A DNA stretch of 64,000 nt, from positions 64,001 through 128,000 of IMG/VR virus record IMGVR_UViG_3300025707_000003; one strand, written 5' to 3'. Positions within the stretch are counted from its first letter, which is position 1. The number at the start of each line of letters is the position of its first letter. The position numbers and the translations under genes were made by a program. The notes under the pieces were generated by a model that saw only the letters and a list, made by a program, of their open reading frames with translations, had not been told where the DNA came from and searched no databases. This DNA comes from a virus (Duplodnaviria > Caudoviricetes). Shown in pieces: positions 54,506 to 62,559 of the stretch.

Positions 54506-54700
54506 ATGAAAGTTCGTGTGGAATGGGATTTCTCTCAAACAGAGCTAGAAGATACAGAATACGACAAAGCAGTTGAGCAAGCAGGGCTTCCCCATATCGT
54601 CCTTATACCCATAGATGTGGCTTATGAGGATGAAGGTGGGATCTCCGATTGGATCAGTGACAAGTTTGGGTTTACAATCTATGAGTGGTGGGAAGTGTAA
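54506..54700 (+). CDS. Hypothetical protein
   Basis: 64-aa acidic ORF, RBS ggag. Confidence 0.55.
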   Translation: MKVRVEWDFSQTELEDTEYDKAVEQAGLPHIVLIPIDVAYEDEGGISDWISDKFGFTIYEWWEV

Positions 54701-54712
54701 CCCCTTATTTAT
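54697..54712 (+). promoter_or_regulatory. Class II motif
   Basis: GTAACCCCTTATTTAT upstream of HD hydrolase. Confidence 0.65.
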
Positions 54713-54770
54713 GTCATAGTGTAAGGGGCTGAAAACCAACCCCTCAAACTCCCCAAAGGAGAACGCCAAG

Positions 54771-55313
54771 ATGAACCACCTAACCCTCCTCAACACAGTG
54801 AGCTACGCAACCGAAGCTCACAAAAATCAGCAACGCAAGAGTGGCGGAGCCTACATCTGCCACCCAATCAGAATGTCGGCCGCACTTGCAAGTGCAGGGG
54901 TCAACGACCTACTTCCGCTCCAAATCGCCCTCCTCCACGACACCATCGAGGACACTACGGTGACCTACAACGACCTCCTCACAGAGTTTGGACAGGAGGT
55001 CGCAGACGGAGTGGTCGAACTGAGTGATGACAAAGCACTCGACAAAGCCACACGCAAGGCTCTCACCATCACCCACGCCCCACACCTCAGCCGAGCATCC
55101 GCTCTAGTGAAGATCGCAGACAACTGCGACAACTGTAACGGGATCATGGGCGACCACCCTCCCAAAGGGTGGAATCAAGAGAGGATCACAGCCTACGGAG
55201 AGTGGGCAAGGAAGGTAGCAGAGGGAGCTTACAAAGCTCTTAAGAGCGAGGGGGACAGAGAGATCGCCCGAAACCTCGCACGAGGAAGCAAACTCCCAAC
55301 CAACCTCGGCTAA
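54771..55313 (+). CDS. Mesh1/SAH-like HD-domain (p)ppGpp hydrolase
   Basis: AH..Q.RKSG..YICHP, ALLHDTIEDT, VKIADNCDN; behind class II motif. Confidence 0.85.
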   Translation: MNHLTLLNTVSYATEAHKNQQRKSGGAYICHPIRMSAALASAGVNDLLPLQIALLHDTIEDTTVTYNDLLTEFGQEVADGVVELSDDKALDKATRKALTITHAPHLSRASALVKIADNCDNCNGIMGDHPPKGWNQERITAYGEWARKVAEGAYKALKSEGDREIARNLARGSKLPTNLG

Positions 55314-55942
55314 AGAGGAGGGGAGAGAAGGTCAAAGCGATAAAACGCAGACTTGACCCCCACCTCTAAGACCCCACCACTACGCACCAACAACTGAGAG
55401 AAGTTGTTGGGATCATTTACTACATCATAAGTAGCCAACCCACAGATGTAGAATTCGTACCTTGACTCTCTTATCACGATAATCTGAGGTGTGTTTGAGG
55501 AGCTAGGTGTAGGCTTTCTTAACAGTGGGAAATCTCCCATGTTTACTGTCTTGACTCCCACCTCATATCCCGCTGACCTCAAGTCGGGAACATAGTAGTC
55601 ATTAGAGTTCCCTACAGAAAAGTCAACGAACAACTTACCTATGTGTTGTTCCACAGCACACTCACCACCCCAACCAGTCAGGTATCTTTTAGCCAACGAC
55701 TTTGGGTCTTTAAAGTATTGACCCCCCTCTTGTCTTTTCTTCTCGATCACTTTCTTAACGAACGACCTTATTTGAGCCTCTTTATCGGTGCTTAGAGAGA
55801 CTTTTGGGTATGAGTCTAGGTGTTGCCCTACAAAGTGATTGAAGGACGGTTCTATACCCTCTAAGATCTTTGACCTCAATCTTCTTTCACCTTGCAGTTG
55901 AGCAGGTATTCTCGCACATAATGTTGAATAGCCCTCACCCAA
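55310..55942 (-). CDS. Hypothetical protein (possible PD-(D/E)xK-like fold; start uncertain)
   Basis: GWGGECAV, VPDL, VGVKT pattern. Confidence 0.55.
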   Translation of the reverse strand: MGEGYSTLCARIPAQLQGERRLRSKILEGIEPSFNHFVGQHLDSYPKVSLSTDKEAQIRSFVKKVIEKKRQEGGQYFKDPKSLAKRYLTGWGGECAVEQHIGKLFVDFSVGNSNDYYVPDLRSAGYEVGVKTVNMGDFPLLRKPTPSSSNTPQIIVIRESRYEFYICGLATYDVVNDPNNFSQLLVRSGGVLEVGVKSAFYRFDLLSPPL

Positions 55943-56238
55943 GACTTAGGTGTCTCTATCTTGTAGTTTGCCCTCATGTATTCATCAACACCTTTAGCTG
56001 TCGTAGGCAAACTAAGATCAATAAAACTTGAGTTCATGTGAGGCATCTCTAAAACAAATCGCCTCAAGTTTTGATATTCAAGCCTCAGCATATCCAAACG
56101 GTATTCCTCACTTGAAGCACAGGAAAAGTGTGTCGGACACTTTATCATCCCTCCTTTTTTGAGAAAAATGTATCCGTCACCTTTACATTTACAGTCTAAC
56201 ATACTGTTCGTGATTTTCATTACTGTCTTTCGTTTCAC
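55876..56238 (-). CDS. Hypothetical protein with Cys cluster
   Basis: GTG start after aggagg; CKCKGDG...KCPTH. Confidence 0.55.
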   Translation of the reverse strand: MKRKTVMKITNSMLDCKCKGDGYIFLKKGGMIKCPTHFSCASSEEYRLDMLRLEYQNLRRFVLEMPHMNSSFIDLSLPTTAKGVDEYMRANYKIETPKSWVRAIQHYVREYLLNCKVKED

Positions 56239-56255
56239 AAGAAACCTCCTTTTAA

Positions 56256-56267
56256 TAGTTTCTTTAT
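56256..56267 (+). promoter_or_regulatory. Class I variant
   Basis: TAGTTTCTTTAT. Confidence 0.65.
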
Positions 56268-56299
56268 ACAACCACTACTTAAAAAGAGAGGAGATTGTT

Positions 56300-56650
56300 A
56301 TGGGAAACTTCTGGGTGAGACCCGATGGGCAGAACACTCTAAAGGGTGTAGAAGATGACCCTACCAATAAACCTGTACTACCTGCGTATCTGATTTTAGA
56401 GTTCTTGTCGAACGATAATCAGAAAGCGAGAGATGACTTTTTGAAACTACTTCCAGGAATGGGTGAAGAAGAACAGTATAGGCTACAAGAAATCTATGCT
56501 TTCAGCACTAAGCCAAAAGACTATCCTCAGATTATTGAGGACAAGTTTCAAAAGGCTATGACTCCTAGAGTCAACATGGGGAACAATCATCTCCCTAAAA
56601 CAGTAAACACATCATCTAACCAACGCACTAAACTTAGAGTGAACCAATAG
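56300..56650 (+). CDS. Hypothetical late protein
   Basis: ATG 56300 after gaggag; class I motif 56256. Confidence 0.6.
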   Translation: MGNFWVRPDGQNTLKGVEDDPTNKPVLPAYLILEFLSNDNQKARDDFLKLLPGMGEEEQYRLQEIYAFSTKPKDYPQIIEDKFQKAMTPRVNMGNNHLPKTVNTSSNQRTKLRVNQ

Positions 56651-56689
56651 CTACGACCTCTTTTAAAGAGACCGCAATGGAGAATAAAA

Positions 56690-57601
56690 ATGAGAAGACT
56701 AGCTTCGGAAATACTTAAAGATTTAGAACTAAGGGTAGCTCACCTTGAAAGTGGCTTTCAAGGTGAGTTGAGGAAATCTATTGAGGTTGTCATCGAAAAT
56801 ACTCCCTCAAATATAAGAATTGATCGAGTAGAGTTTCCCAGAACACAGGAAGAGTTTTTAGAGATAGAGGCAAATAATGTGCCCGTTATTTTTTACAACT
56901 GCCCACTTGGAACAAACATGGTCAACCGATTGGAACTGTTCAAGTCTGATTTTAATCCTATGGTAGAGTCTAGGCTTGCAGATAGGAATAAGAAAGACAT
57001 TGGTGGTTTGCTAGAGATTAGTCTCCAAGACCTCTTAAGATCAAACTTTGAGAGGGGTTCTCGATATGTAGGGAAGCACCGTCTGAATACGAGGGCTTTG
57101 AAAAAACTGCTAGGGGTTAATCTTTATGGTAAGGGTCAGATTTTAGAGGGTATGGGAATAAACTCTGCAAATATGTGGTGTGGACCTAAAGGGTGCGTCA
57201 CCCCCCTCCACCTTGATACAATCAACAACTTAGCATGGAATGTGTACGGGCAAAAGACATGGTTCTTGGTAAGTCCAGAGGATATGTACCACAAGGCTTA
57301 CTTAGAATCATTCAAAGAGCCTTATGAAGAGGACTATAAGGGTGATTGGACTAGGAACGATAATGGTCGATCTCCTACCTTTTCAAAGATGACAGAGAAC
57401 CCATTAAAGAGCTTTAATCATTTCCCTATGTCTAGGGGTATAAAGTTCCATAAGGTCGTGTTCAGAGAAAATGAAATGCTGTATCTTCCCGCTTATTGGG
57501 GACACTATGTTAATACTGACTCCGACTCTTTAATGATTAACCATTGGTACGATGAGGTGCCTATAATCCTTAGCTCAACAAGAGTGAAAGGCAATTTGTA
57601 G
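56690..57601 (+). CDS. Leader-tagged JmjC/cupin-8 2OG-Fe(II) oxygenase
   Basis: MRRLASEILKDLELRVAHLE; MWCGPKGCVTPLHLD...GQKTW...LYLPAYWGHYV (HxD...H intact). Confidence 0.85.
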   Translation: MRRLASEILKDLELRVAHLESGFQGELRKSIEVVIENTPSNIRIDRVEFPRTQEEFLEIEANNVPVIFYNCPLGTNMVNRLELFKSDFNPMVESRLADRNKKDIGGLLEISLQDLLRSNFERGSRYVGKHRLNTRALKKLLGVNLYGKGQILEGMGINSANMWCGPKGCVTPLHLDTINNLAWNVYGQKTWFLVSPEDMYHKAYLESFKEPYEEDYKGDWTRNDNGRSPTFSKMTENPLKSFNHFPMSRGIKFHKVVFRENEMLYLPAYWGHYVNTDSDSLMINHWYDEVPIILSSTRVKGNL

Positions 57602-57610
57602 TTCGTTTAT
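57599..57610 (+). promoter_or_regulatory. Class I variant
   Basis: TAGTTCGTTTAT overlapping JmjC TAG stop. Confidence 0.6.
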
Positions 57611-57649
57611 CGCTTCTCCATAGATGATCTACACAATGGAGAATAAAAA

Positions 57650-58000
57650 ATGGCTACAGAGAAATCACAAGACCCAACACAGCTTGATAAACTACCACTT
57701 AAGAGCAAGAAGTTCCTTGCTTATCTGATCGCAGACATCGGGTGGAAAATCCTTATGTTCTATGTGATTTGGGAGTATCAAACTAAGATTGAGCATTATG
57801 CGTTTATGGTTCTCGTCACTATGATCGTAACAAGCGGTTTTATACAGATCGGGTATATCTTAGGTCAAGCCGCTCTTGATAAGTACACTACAGTGGCTGT
57901 CTCGGCTCTTGAGAGAGATGGGGATAAACCTACCCCACCTAAACCAAAGGCTAAAGAAGAACCCGACCCTAATAGCACAGACCCTAACGAGTTCATGTAA
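57650..58000 (+). CDS. Two-TM membrane protein, holin-like
   Basis: Two hydrophobic segments and charged Pro-rich tail; class I motif 57599. Confidence 0.5.
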   Translation: MATEKSQDPTQLDKLPLKSKKFLAYLIADIGWKILMFYVIWEYQTKIEHYAFMVLVTMIVTSGFIQIGYILGQAALDKYTTVAVSALERDGDKPTPPKPKAKEEPDPNSTDPNEFM

Positions 58001-58012
58001 TAGTTTATTTAT
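58001..58012 (+). promoter_or_regulatory. Class I motif plus cassette module
   Basis: Exact consensus. Confidence 0.75.
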
Positions 58013-58059
58013 GAGTGATCTTAAGTGATCTCATTAACCTTAACAAAATGGAGAAAACC

Positions 58060-58728
58060 ATGAGAAGATCAGCAACCGAAGTTATTAAAAACCTTGAGCG
58101 TAGAATCGCAAGGCTCGAAGGAAATATAAACACTCGAAAGACCGCAAGGGGAGATGTCGCTATCGAGACCGCTTCCGAGCGAGACATACAGAAGGCTTGG
58201 CCTAGAGTCACCTATAAAGGCAAAAGCATCCACGCAGACTACAGCAAATGGACTAACTCGGTCGAGAGTTCAGAACTTAGCGAGTATACTGATATTGGTT
58301 TGACGGATGATCTGGGTAATTCTCTGGAAGTTGCAGAAGGTGGACAAGAGGTTTATCTTGGATACAACCAAGAAAAAGATTTCTTTGTGATGGGCTTTGA
58401 TATGAGTTTCTATTCACAAGTAACAGAAGATGAGTGGGATGCTCATGCTGATGCCATGTCCAAATATGAGGACGCAAAGTTTGAAGCGGAGGAATGGAAT
58501 GAGGATGAGCCTGAGCCTTGGGACTTTGAAGGATATAATGAGGACTTTGAGAATGTCGAAGATCCTCGTCATAATGGTCACAGAGGTTGGGCGGCAGTAC
58601 TTTTTAGGGTTGAGAATGGTCGGATTAAGACAGAAGACCCTAAGTTCGGTACTAGTCTTTTTTATGAGATGGATGTACACAAGGGACTTAAGCGTAAGTT
58701 TAATCTCGTTGACCTTCGATTGGGATAA
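58060..58728 (+). CDS. Leader-tagged acidic hypothetical protein
   Basis: MRRSATEVIKNLERRIARLE; full upstream module. Confidence 0.8.
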   Translation: MRRSATEVIKNLERRIARLEGNINTRKTARGDVAIETASERDIQKAWPRVTYKGKSIHADYSKWTNSVESSELSEYTDIGLTDDLGNSLEVAEGGQEVYLGYNQEKDFFVMGFDMSFYSQVTEDEWDAHADAMSKYEDAKFEAEEWNEDEPEPWDFEGYNEDFENVEDPRHNGHRGWAAVLFRVENGRIKTEDPKFGTSLFYEMDVHKGLKRKFNLVDLRLG

Positions 58729-58837
58729 ACCTACCCTCAAACTCTAATAATGTTAGTTATACTCGTTATTAAGTCATCTATTAAAGGTTAAATGACTTAC
58801 TCCTATATGAGTGAACCTCATATCTAGGAGTAAGAAC

Positions 58838-59044
58838 ATGAGTGCTAAATCCTTTGAAGAAGCCGTAAGAACAACTCAACCTGTCATTTATGTAGGAGTT
58901 GAGCGTCAAGAGGCTAAGGGCTTCAATAAAGTAGTCCTCATACAAGAGAATAAAGAAGGGCTACAGACAACCGAACACCACATGACAGGTGATGTCTCTG
59001 TTCAAATGGTGAATGGTGTCTTAAAGGTTTATGTGAAAAGCTAA
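58838..59044 (+). CDS. Hypothetical protein
   Basis: Start reassigned after aggag. Confidence 0.55.
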   Translation: MSAKSFEEAVRTTQPVIYVGVERQEAKGFNKVVLIQENKEGLQTTEHHMTGDVSVQMVNGVLKVYVKS

Positions 59045-59081
59045 AGCAGATCTGCCGCTATGTCAGATGTGTGTAAACTCA
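59041..59081 (-). repeat. Non-coding remnant of a phoH 3' end
   Basis: Reads SLH-T-SDIAADLL* vs phoH SLHKSERSTL-SDIAADLL*; five nt differences in the last 27 nt, all synonymous. Confidence 0.85.
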
Positions 59082-59516
59082 GATGTGTTCCTCAAGCATT
59101 GCAGGGAGACTCCAGATCTCGTCAGAGATTTTGCCTAACTTACGATCACGAAAGCAGAGTCTTTCCAACTTACTTGCGTCTGCGTGATCCATATCCTCAA
59201 GATCAGTTGTGTACACCCGATAAGAGACCTCAGAGACACCCTCATCATCACAGATGCTAAGATCATTATCGTCACAGATCTGTTTGACCCTAGACTCAAA
59301 CTCATTTTGTAGTTCATCCGCTTCCATAAAATAACGGTGTATGAGAGCATGACTCTCTTCCTCTGACCAAACATCATAAATCCACTCATCAGCATCGAAG
59401 TGTCTGTAAGCGTTGCGACTGAGACCAGCCTTCTTACCAGAGGATTTCGTCTTCTTTTCAAGTCTTGCAATTCTCATTTCAAGGTTATTAATGATTTCTG
59501 TTGCTGATTTTCTCAT
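59079..59516 (-). CDS. Leader-tagged hypothetical protein
   Basis: MRKSATEIINNLEMRIARLE; variant upstream module. Confidence 0.8.
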   Translation of the reverse strand: MRKSATEIINNLEMRIARLEKKTKSSGKKAGLSRNAYRHFDADEWIYDVWSEEESHALIHRYFMEADELQNEFESRVKQICDDNDLSICDDEGVSEVSYRVYTTDLEDMDHADASKLERLCFRDRKLGKISDEIWSLPAMLEEHI

Positions 59517-59564
59517 AAAGGTACTCCATAGGTTTGAGGTTAATAAGATCACTTAATAACGAGA

Positions 59565-59576
59565 ATAGATAAACTA
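59565..59576 (-). promoter_or_regulatory. Class I variant plus variant cassette module
   Basis: TAGTTTATCTAT overlapping phoH TAG stop. Confidence 0.7.
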
Positions 59577-60863
59577 CAAAAGATCTGCGGCAATGTCAGA
59601 TAGCGTAGATCTCTCTGACTTATGTAAACTCACACACGCAAATAAAGGTTGACCCAACATACGCTCAATCACATACACAAGACCATTAGATTGCTTTGTG
59701 AGGTAAGGGTGATCAATCTGATAGGGATCACCTAAGAGAACTACTTTAGTTCCCTCAGCCGCTCTTGTGATGATTGATTTGATTTCATGCTTGGTGAGAT
59801 TCTGAGCTTCGTCAATAATCATAAAGGCTTGTTTAAGTGAGCGACCCCTAATGGAGTGGATTGGTTGGATCTCTATCTGATTCTTTTCAAGGAAACCTTC
59901 TTTAGTACCCATCTCTGCACCCATCGGACCAGCGTCCCACATTGGGTTGATCTGATCTAGGTTGTCAAAAAAGCTCTGCATCCAAGGCTCTAGTTTCTCG
60001 GAGAGAGAACCAGGCAAGAACCCGATGCCTTGACCGACATCAACTACAGGTTTAGAGAGTAGGATACGCTGATATGTATGAGCTTGCTCAAGAGCGGCAG
60101 CTAATGCAAGGAAGGTTTTGCCAGTACCTGCTTTACCTAAGAGACACACCAACTCAATGTCGGGATCTAAAAGAGCATCAAGAGAGGCTCTTTGTTCAAG
60201 ATTTCTAGGTTTGGCTTTTTCGGTACGCACTTTGTCTACATTAAAGAGAGATCCCTCTTTGTGTTGGAAAAGATGTTTTTTCTCACCTGGTGCAACAAAC
60301 CAAACATACTGATTTTCATGGAAATCTTCATCAAACTCATGTGGAAGTCTTACAGCACCTTGCCAATATGACTTAACCAATTGATTCATAAACTTTACAT
60401 CAGGTACAAAACCTTTTAACCCTATACCAGAGAGGGTGTCCAGACTTGTGTCCGAAGTGTAGTCAGAAGAATTAACCCCCACAGATTCACATATGATGCG
60501 TAGGTTGATATCTCTTGAAACGAGAGTCAGATCGTATTCGTCTTTGAGGTGAATAGCAGTTTGTAGAATAAGTAAATCTACATACCTAATCTGATTAGCT
60601 CGGTCTAAAGAACTTATGCTGAGTCCTCCTTCGTGTGATACAACTTTAACCTTATCTTCTGTTTGAAGTTTAAGGATAAGATTAGAGGCTTGACGAGCGA
60701 GATGTGCTACATGAGATTTCTCTCGTTTGGGTGTGTCTTTGAGAACATCAAGCTCCATGATTACATAGATTGGGATGAGGACTTCGGTATCATCTTCAAA
60801 AGAGGTCATAGAGGTAGGATCGTGTATTAACACACTAGTATCTAGCAAAACAGCCTTTGTCAT
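59574..60863 (-). CDS. phoH: PhoH-like ATPase with N-terminal PIN domain
   Basis: VLLDTSVLIHDP, GKAGTGKT, RGRSL, IIDEAQN, GDPYQID. Confidence 0.9.
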   Translation of the reverse strand: MTKAVLLDTSVLIHDPTSMTSFEDDTEVLIPIYVIMELDVLKDTPKREKSHVAHLARQASNLILKLQTEDKVKVVSHEGGLSISSLDRANQIRYVDLLILQTAIHLKDEYDLTLVSRDINLRIICESVGVNSSDYTSDTSLDTLSGIGLKGFVPDVKFMNQLVKSYWQGAVRLPHEFDEDFHENQYVWFVAPGEKKHLFQHKEGSLFNVDKVRTEKAKPRNLEQRASLDALLDPDIELVCLLGKAGTGKTFLALAAALEQAHTYQRILLSKPVVDVGQGIGFLPGSLSEKLEPWMQSFFDNLDQINPMWDAGPMGAEMGTKEGFLEKNQIEIQPIHSIRGRSLKQAFMIIDEAQNLTKHEIKSIITRAAEGTKVVLLGDPYQIDHPYLTKQSNGLVYVIERMLGQPLFACVSLHKSERSTLSDIAADLL

Positions 60864-60922
60864 GTGGACTCCATTCTGAGGGTAATTCTCCTCACCCTAT
60901 AAGCGAAAGGTATCTAAAGAAT

Positions 60923-61372
60923 ATGAAGCAGAAACATATCGAAATCCGAAAACAACAATGCTCTCTAATCGCCTCTGCAAGCACCTGTTGTCGGAGAAAA
61001 GTAGGTTCTGTGATCGTAGACCCACATTCTAATGTTGTTGTTAGTGAAGGATATAATGGACCACCAAGAGGAAGTAGTGGTGCCTTATGTGGTGGGTCTG
61101 ACTGTTTGCGTGATCGGTACAAAGTCAAAAGTGGAACTCAAAATGATGTTGGATGCCATCATGCAGAAATCAACGCAATCTTAAATGCCACTCGAAATGG
61201 TATGTCTACTATGGGTAAGTGGCTCTTCACCTCATGCGATCCATGTCTTATGTGTGCAAAGGCAATTCATCATGCAGGGATTATAAAGGTATATGCTCCT
61301 TTACAAACAGAGGTTCATCAAGAGGGGTTGATGTATTTTAAAAATAATCATGTAGAGACAGAGAGTCTTTAA
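60923..61372 (+). CDS. dCMP deaminase
   Basis: RRKVGSVIV, GYNG.PRG, HAEINA, PCLMC. Confidence 0.9.
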   Translation: MKQKHIEIRKQQCSLIASASTCCRRKVGSVIVDPHSNVVVSEGYNGPPRGSSGALCGGSDCLRDRYKVKSGTQNDVGCHHAEINAILNATRNGMSTMGKWLFTSCDPCLMCAKAIHHAGIIKVYAPLQTEVHQEGLMYFKNNHVETESL

Positions 61373-61384
61373 TAGTTTGTTTAT
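61373..61384 (+). promoter_or_regulatory. Class I variant
   Basis: TAGTTTGTTTAT. Confidence 0.7.
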
Positions 61385-61430
61385 GATACTCGATATGTAG
61401 TGTCAGCTTTTCATTCAAAGGAGATCCTAC

Positions 61431-62492
61431 ATGGACAAAACACAAAGAGAACAACTACTCAAACTCGCTCAGAAAGATCCATCTTTCAAAGCGAAGCTCG
61501 TCAACATTCTTAAAACAGAGAAAATCGCTACTGCACTCAACACTGAAGATGCGGCTGCTTTTGCGGCTTGGGCTAAAATGTCAAACCCACAAGGTATGAG
61601 TGTAAATGAAGTCATTTCATACCTTACTAGAGCAGGTGTTAAAGTACGCCCTCAAGGTGAGTCAAGAGCACCAAATAAAAAAGGGCCTCTTGAGGTAGGT
61701 GAACTTGTAAAAGTTGATCCTTCAAAGTGCATCCACCCCGACAATAAGCGTAATTGTGGTGTGCTTGAGCATACACCAGATAATGAGCAGTATTGTTATG
61801 TCGTTGCTCGAATGGAACCAGCAGACCTTCGTGAACTTTGCACTTACCAAATCTCACCAATCGACACTAAGACTGGAAAAGTTGGAAGTAAGAAATTCGA
61901 GTTCAAAGCAGTTATGCCAGCAAGAGGTATTGCGGGTCTTACCAAGAAACTTGAAAAATCCGAAGCTAAAGGAGATACCACAGCAGTTGATCGTGTGCTT
62001 GGTGAGATGCGTGAAAAAGCTCTTGCACCCCATAATGGACATGGACTTTATCGTGCTTCTTTCAAGGATCTCGCTCACTACAAAAAAGTCATCAGCCAAC
62101 CAAAAGTAGGTGACTTTGTGATGGTATATGAGCGTGGTGGTAAACTCCCTGTGCCTTCTATTCGTAAACAATACGCAGAGAAATCAAATGTTGATCGTAC
62201 ACGCCAAACTCTCCTTAGTGGAGAATTTGATGATCTTGTAGAAGGTGGTCTTTCAGACTACGCTAAGATTTACTATGAGGGTCAAATGAAAGGTGCTGGA
62301 TACAGTCAAAAGGAGGAGTTCTACTTCCTTATGGACACTGTATCTCAAGGATTCACTAATGCTAATCCGACTGTAGGTACTGTGTACTACATCGCTAAAG
62401 CGTCCGATATGCCTTCTGAGAGGGAATGGAAAGATGATCTTCGTGCCCGTCTTAAAGCAGTCGTTGAGGAACACCTCAAAGGAAGCCTCTAA
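61431..62492 (+). CDS. Hypothetical late (probable virion) protein
   Basis: Class I motif 61373; biased codons. Confidence 0.7.
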   Translation: MDKTQREQLLKLAQKDPSFKAKLVNILKTEKIATALNTEDAAAFAAWAKMSNPQGMSVNEVISYLTRAGVKVRPQGESRAPNKKGPLEVGELVKVDPSKCIHPDNKRNCGVLEHTPDNEQYCYVVARMEPADLRELCTYQISPIDTKTGKVGSKKFEFKAVMPARGIAGLTKKLEKSEAKGDTTAVDRVLGEMREKALAPHNGHGLYRASFKDLAHYKKVISQPKVGDFVMVYERGGKLPVPSIRKQYAEKSNVDRTRQTLLSGEFDDLVEGGLSDYAKIYYEGQMKGAGYSQKEEFYFLMDTVSQGFTNANPTVGTVYYIAKASDMPSEREWKDDLRARLKAVVEEHLKGSL

Positions 62493-62559
62493 GACTAGCT
62501 AGTTTTTAATAATCTATTTATACTCTCTCTTTGTATGATTATTAGAAAGAGAGAGTATT

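Noticed and set aside
4377-59576. Classical integron or IS-mediated cassettes
   Set aside because: No integrase or transposase in the window and no attC RYYYAAC/GTTRRRY bottom-strand hairpins recognised; Topo IB motifs fit a topoisomerase, not a tyrosine integrase
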